A stretch of 64,000 nt of DNA. Source: Acidimicrobiia bacterium (GTDB taxonomy: Bacteria > Actinomycetota > Acidimicrobiia > Spongiisociales > ZC4RG35). The stretch lies in NCBI GenBank assembly GCA_965215185.1, contig OZ244034.1, positions 3,040,001 to 3,104,000 of the forward strand, read 5' to 3'. Every line of letters starts with the position of its first letter. Within the stretch, counting starts at the first letter, position 1. A model generated the notes under the pieces. It was not told where the DNA came from. It was given only the letters and a program-made list of their open reading frames with translations, and ran no database searches. This document shows positions 61,293 to 64,000 of this stretch, in pieces. A program made the translations under genes and the position numbers.

Positions 61293-62724
61293 GGCTCTTC
61301 GGAAATGAGGGGGGAGTAGGGGGTCGGCTAGGTGGTGCCGTAATCCACCAGAAGTGATGGGGGGTCCTCCATAATCGGATGGTTGGTAACAGACATCCGA
61401 GGCAGGAGGACCCCTGTGGAAGCTGATCCTACGCGCATGTGCGAGAAGTTGGTAGGCCTGGGCGAGGTTGATCTGGTCGGGATCAACGACTTGGGCGAGG
61501 AGGCACCTTTGGAGGTGGTGATCGGGTCCCGCAAGGCCCGGCCGGTGTGTGAGGGCTGTGGCGGCCCTGTGTGGTCGAAAGGCTATCGGAGTGTGGTGTT
61601 GGTGGATTTACCGGCGTTCGGACGGCCTGTGCGGCTGCGGTGGAGGAAACGGCGCTGGACGTGTCCGAACTCGGGGTGTGAGATCAGGTCGTTCATCGAA
61701 CAAGACCCCAAGATTGGTCCCGAACGGGCGTTGTTGACATCGAGAGCGGCTCGGTGGGTGACCATCGGGGTGGGTGGGCGGGGCCGTTCGGTCGACGAGG
61801 TCGCCGCGGAGTTGGGTTGTGATTGGCATACGGTGAACAACGAGGTCGTCCGTTGGGGCGAAGCGCTGCTGGGGGCCGACACCGATCGGATAGGCGAGGT
61901 CGGAGCTGTGGGCATCGACAAGAAGCGTTGTTGGGGCGGAAAGGCCGGTGGCGCACCAAGGTTTGGTGCACTTCTGTCGTCGATGTGGGAGGCCACCAGC
62001 CGGTTCGACATAGTCGGTGGTAGAACGGCTGATAGCGCGGTGTCGTGGTTCCGATCCCAGCCCCCCGAGTGGCTCGACGGGATCCGCTGGGCGGTGTCGG
62101 GTCATGTCAGGGCCTTATCGGAAGGCGTACGACCGGGTGTTGCCGAACGCTGTGCAGGTAGCGGACCCGTTCGGTGTCATCCGCTTGGCCAACCAGCGTC
62201 TCGACGACCTACGACGAAGAGTCCAAAACGAAACCCTCGGGCATCGAGGACGCAAGGATGACCCGCTGTATCGGATACGGCGGCTCCTCACCGCCGCTTC
62301 CGAGAGGATCAGCGACCGCGGTCAAACACGGCTGCGTGGTCTCCTCGACGCTGGTGACCCCCACAGCGAAGTCCGCACCGCCTGGCACGCGAAGGAAACG
62401 GTCCGAGGCATCTACGGGGTCGACAGTCCCGCCCTCGCTCTCCGATACACCGTCGGGCTCGCGGACGACCTCCAGGACGAATCCTGCCCACCCGAGATCA
62501 ACAAGTTGGGTCGTACCATCGCCCGCTGGACCCCCCAGATCACCAACTGGCACATCTCGAAGGTAACCAACAGATGCCACCGAAGCCCTCAACAACCTCA
62601 TCAAGCGGATCAAACGAGCAGCGTTCGGGTTACCCAACTTCGCGAACTACCGAATCCGGGCACTTCTCTACGCGGGGAAACCCAACTGGGACCTCCTGGC
62701 CACCGTCACTCCCCACTGAAATCC
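61293..62724 (+). mobile_element. ISL3 family IS with a multiply frameshifted transposase (about 61383-62719)
   Basis: Left IR GGCTCTTCGGAAATGAG; CxxC...DLP.FGRPV.L.W.KRRW.C, GID, QVADPF, EALNNLIKRIKR..FG..NF.NYR spread over three frames. Confidence 0.9.
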
Positions 62725-62954
62725 ACTCATACTTGGAGGGTTCCTGGGCTGGGACGGGTCTGACCCAACTGAAATCTGGCCTTGTGCCTTTTCATCGATC
62801 TGTCGGCCCGTTCCCGGCCTGGGGCGTGACCCCGTGACCCGGGGCGGATGTGACCTAATAGGAGCCTTCAACTTCTCCACCGTGAGTGGCCTGTCCAACC
62901 GCACACGGGTCCGGGATCAGGAAGTGAGTCTATCCCCTAGAGGAGAAGAGCATC
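62725..62954 (+). ncRNA. Putative IS110 bridge RNA region (left non-coding end)
   Basis: 230-bp non-coding end with stem-loops; ACTGAAATC (62768) matches the target flank, and TGAGTGG (62883) is complementary to the element end. Confidence 0.6.
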
Positions 62955-64000
62955 ATGGGAGAAGCAGACCAGATTATCTACGGTGGGGTTGACACCCATC
63001 GGGACGTCCACGTAGCAGCGGTGGTGGATGGCGTCGGGCGGGTACTGGGATCGGAGTCTTTCGCGGTGGAGGAATCCGGTTATCGGCGAATGGTCACCTG
63101 GTTCGAGTCGCGGGGACAGTTGGTTCGGGTTGGGGTGGAAGGAACGGGTAGTTACGGCGCCGGCCTGGCCCGTTACCTGACCGAGATGAACATCGAGGTG
63201 GTGGAGGTCAACCGCCCCAACCGCCAACTACGCCGCCAGAAGGGCGGCAAGACCGACAGCGTCGACGCCGAGGCGGCAGCTCGGGCAGCTGCCTCGGGCG
63301 AAGCAACCGCGGTTCCCAAGTCCGGTGTGGGCCCGGTCGAGTGCATACGGATGCTGTGGGTGGTGCGCCGCTCCGCGGTCAAGGCCCGCACCCAGGCCGC
63401 TAACCAGATACATGCGCTGGTCGTAACAGCTCCCGAGCCGCTAAAACACCAGCTAAAGGGCATGAATCTCAAAGCACGGGTCAAAACCTGTGCCCGGTTC
63501 CGACCCGGCACAGACCACACCACCACCGCGTATGCGAAGCGTGCCCTACAGCATTTGGCCCGCCGGTATCAGGCTCTCGACGTAGAGATCGCCCAACTCG
63601 AAGCCGAGATCCGGCGTCTCTGCGCCCAGGCCAACCCGGCCCTGCTGGCCACAGAAGGTGTCGGTCCTGACACAGCCGCCGCGTTGTTGGTCGCCGCCGG
63701 CGACAACCCCAAGCGAATGAAATCGGAACGGTCTTTCGCGGCGCTGTGCGGCGCCAGCCCCGTCCAGGCGTCATCAGGACGAACCCTTCGGCATCGTCTC
63801 AACCGGGGCGGCAACCGCCAAGCCAACAACGCGCTATGGCGGATCGCTACCACCCGGATGCGCACCGACGCCGCCACCAAAGCCTACGTGGCACGACGCA
63901 AGGCCGAGGGCAAGAAGAAAAAGGAGATCATCCGCTGCCTCAAGCGGCACATCGCCCGAGAAATCTACCGGCTCCTCACCAACCCGCACCCAACCCCGAA
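62955..64000 (+). CDS. IS110 family recombinase (runs off the window)
   Basis: Manual translation: MGEADQIIYGGVDTHRDVH..., VGVEGTGSYGAGL, GKTDSVDA, SPVQASSG, RLNRGGNRQAN, RCLKR. Confidence 0.93.
   Translation, partial: MGEADQIIYGGVDTHRDVHVAAVVDGVGRVLGSESFAVEESGYRRMVTWFESRGQLVRVGVEGTGSYGAGLARYLTEMNIEVVEVNRPNRQLRRQKGGKTDSVDAEAAARAAASGEATAVPKSGVGPVECIRMLWVVRRSAVKARTQAANQIHALVVTAPEPLKHQLKGMNLKARVKTCARFRPGTDHTTTAYAKRALQHLARRYQALDVEIAQLEAEIRRLCAQANPALLATEGVGPDTAAALLVAAGDNPKRMKSERSFAALCGASPVQASSGRTLRHRLNRGGNRQANNALWRIATTRMRTDAATKAYVARRKAEGKKKKEIIRCLKRHIAREIYRLLTNPHPTP

Larger units (their letters stand above)
58635..64000. mobile_element. Copy E5 (right end beyond the window), with nested ISL3 and IS110
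   Basis: Left TIR at 58635 after ACAGC; carries the transposase and recombinase-like genes. Confidence 0.8.

Overview
High-GC window, probably actinobacterial (Acidimicrobiia-like; inferred from composition and lipoprotein substrate-binding proteins, SBPs). Bases 1-44,000 are mostly catabolic and uptake genes: three ABC systems, SDRs, duplicated Gfo/Idh/MocA + RraA-like modules, a P450, VOC proteins, an M24 hydrolase and TPP E1 alpha/beta. This part also holds several small MITE-like elements, one of which carries a Fic gene. From the 3' end of a tRNA-Ile(CAT) gene (44044-44117) to the window end lies an island built from five head-to-tail copies of one transposon family. Each copy is bounded by 12-bp terminal inverted repeats (TIRs, GGGGTCTTCGCG...CGCGAAGACCCC), and neighbours are separated by the same 5-bp word (ACAGC/ACAGA/ACGGC) that begins at the tRNA discriminator base. 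This is the pattern expected from repeated site-specific insertion with a 5-bp target duplication. Autonomous-type copies encode an IS4-superfamily-like DDE transposase (YREK motif) translationally coupled to a tyrosine-recombinase-like protein that lacks the catalytic residues, a candidate tRNA target selector. Cargo includes toxin-antitoxin genes, a HEPN protein, a cas-less CRISPR mini-array and a solitary repeat. The last copy is interrupted by an ISL3 element, whose right inverted repeat is in turn interrupted by an IS110 element with recognisable bridge-RNA-like guide matches. All assignments come from reading motifs by eye; no database searches were run.
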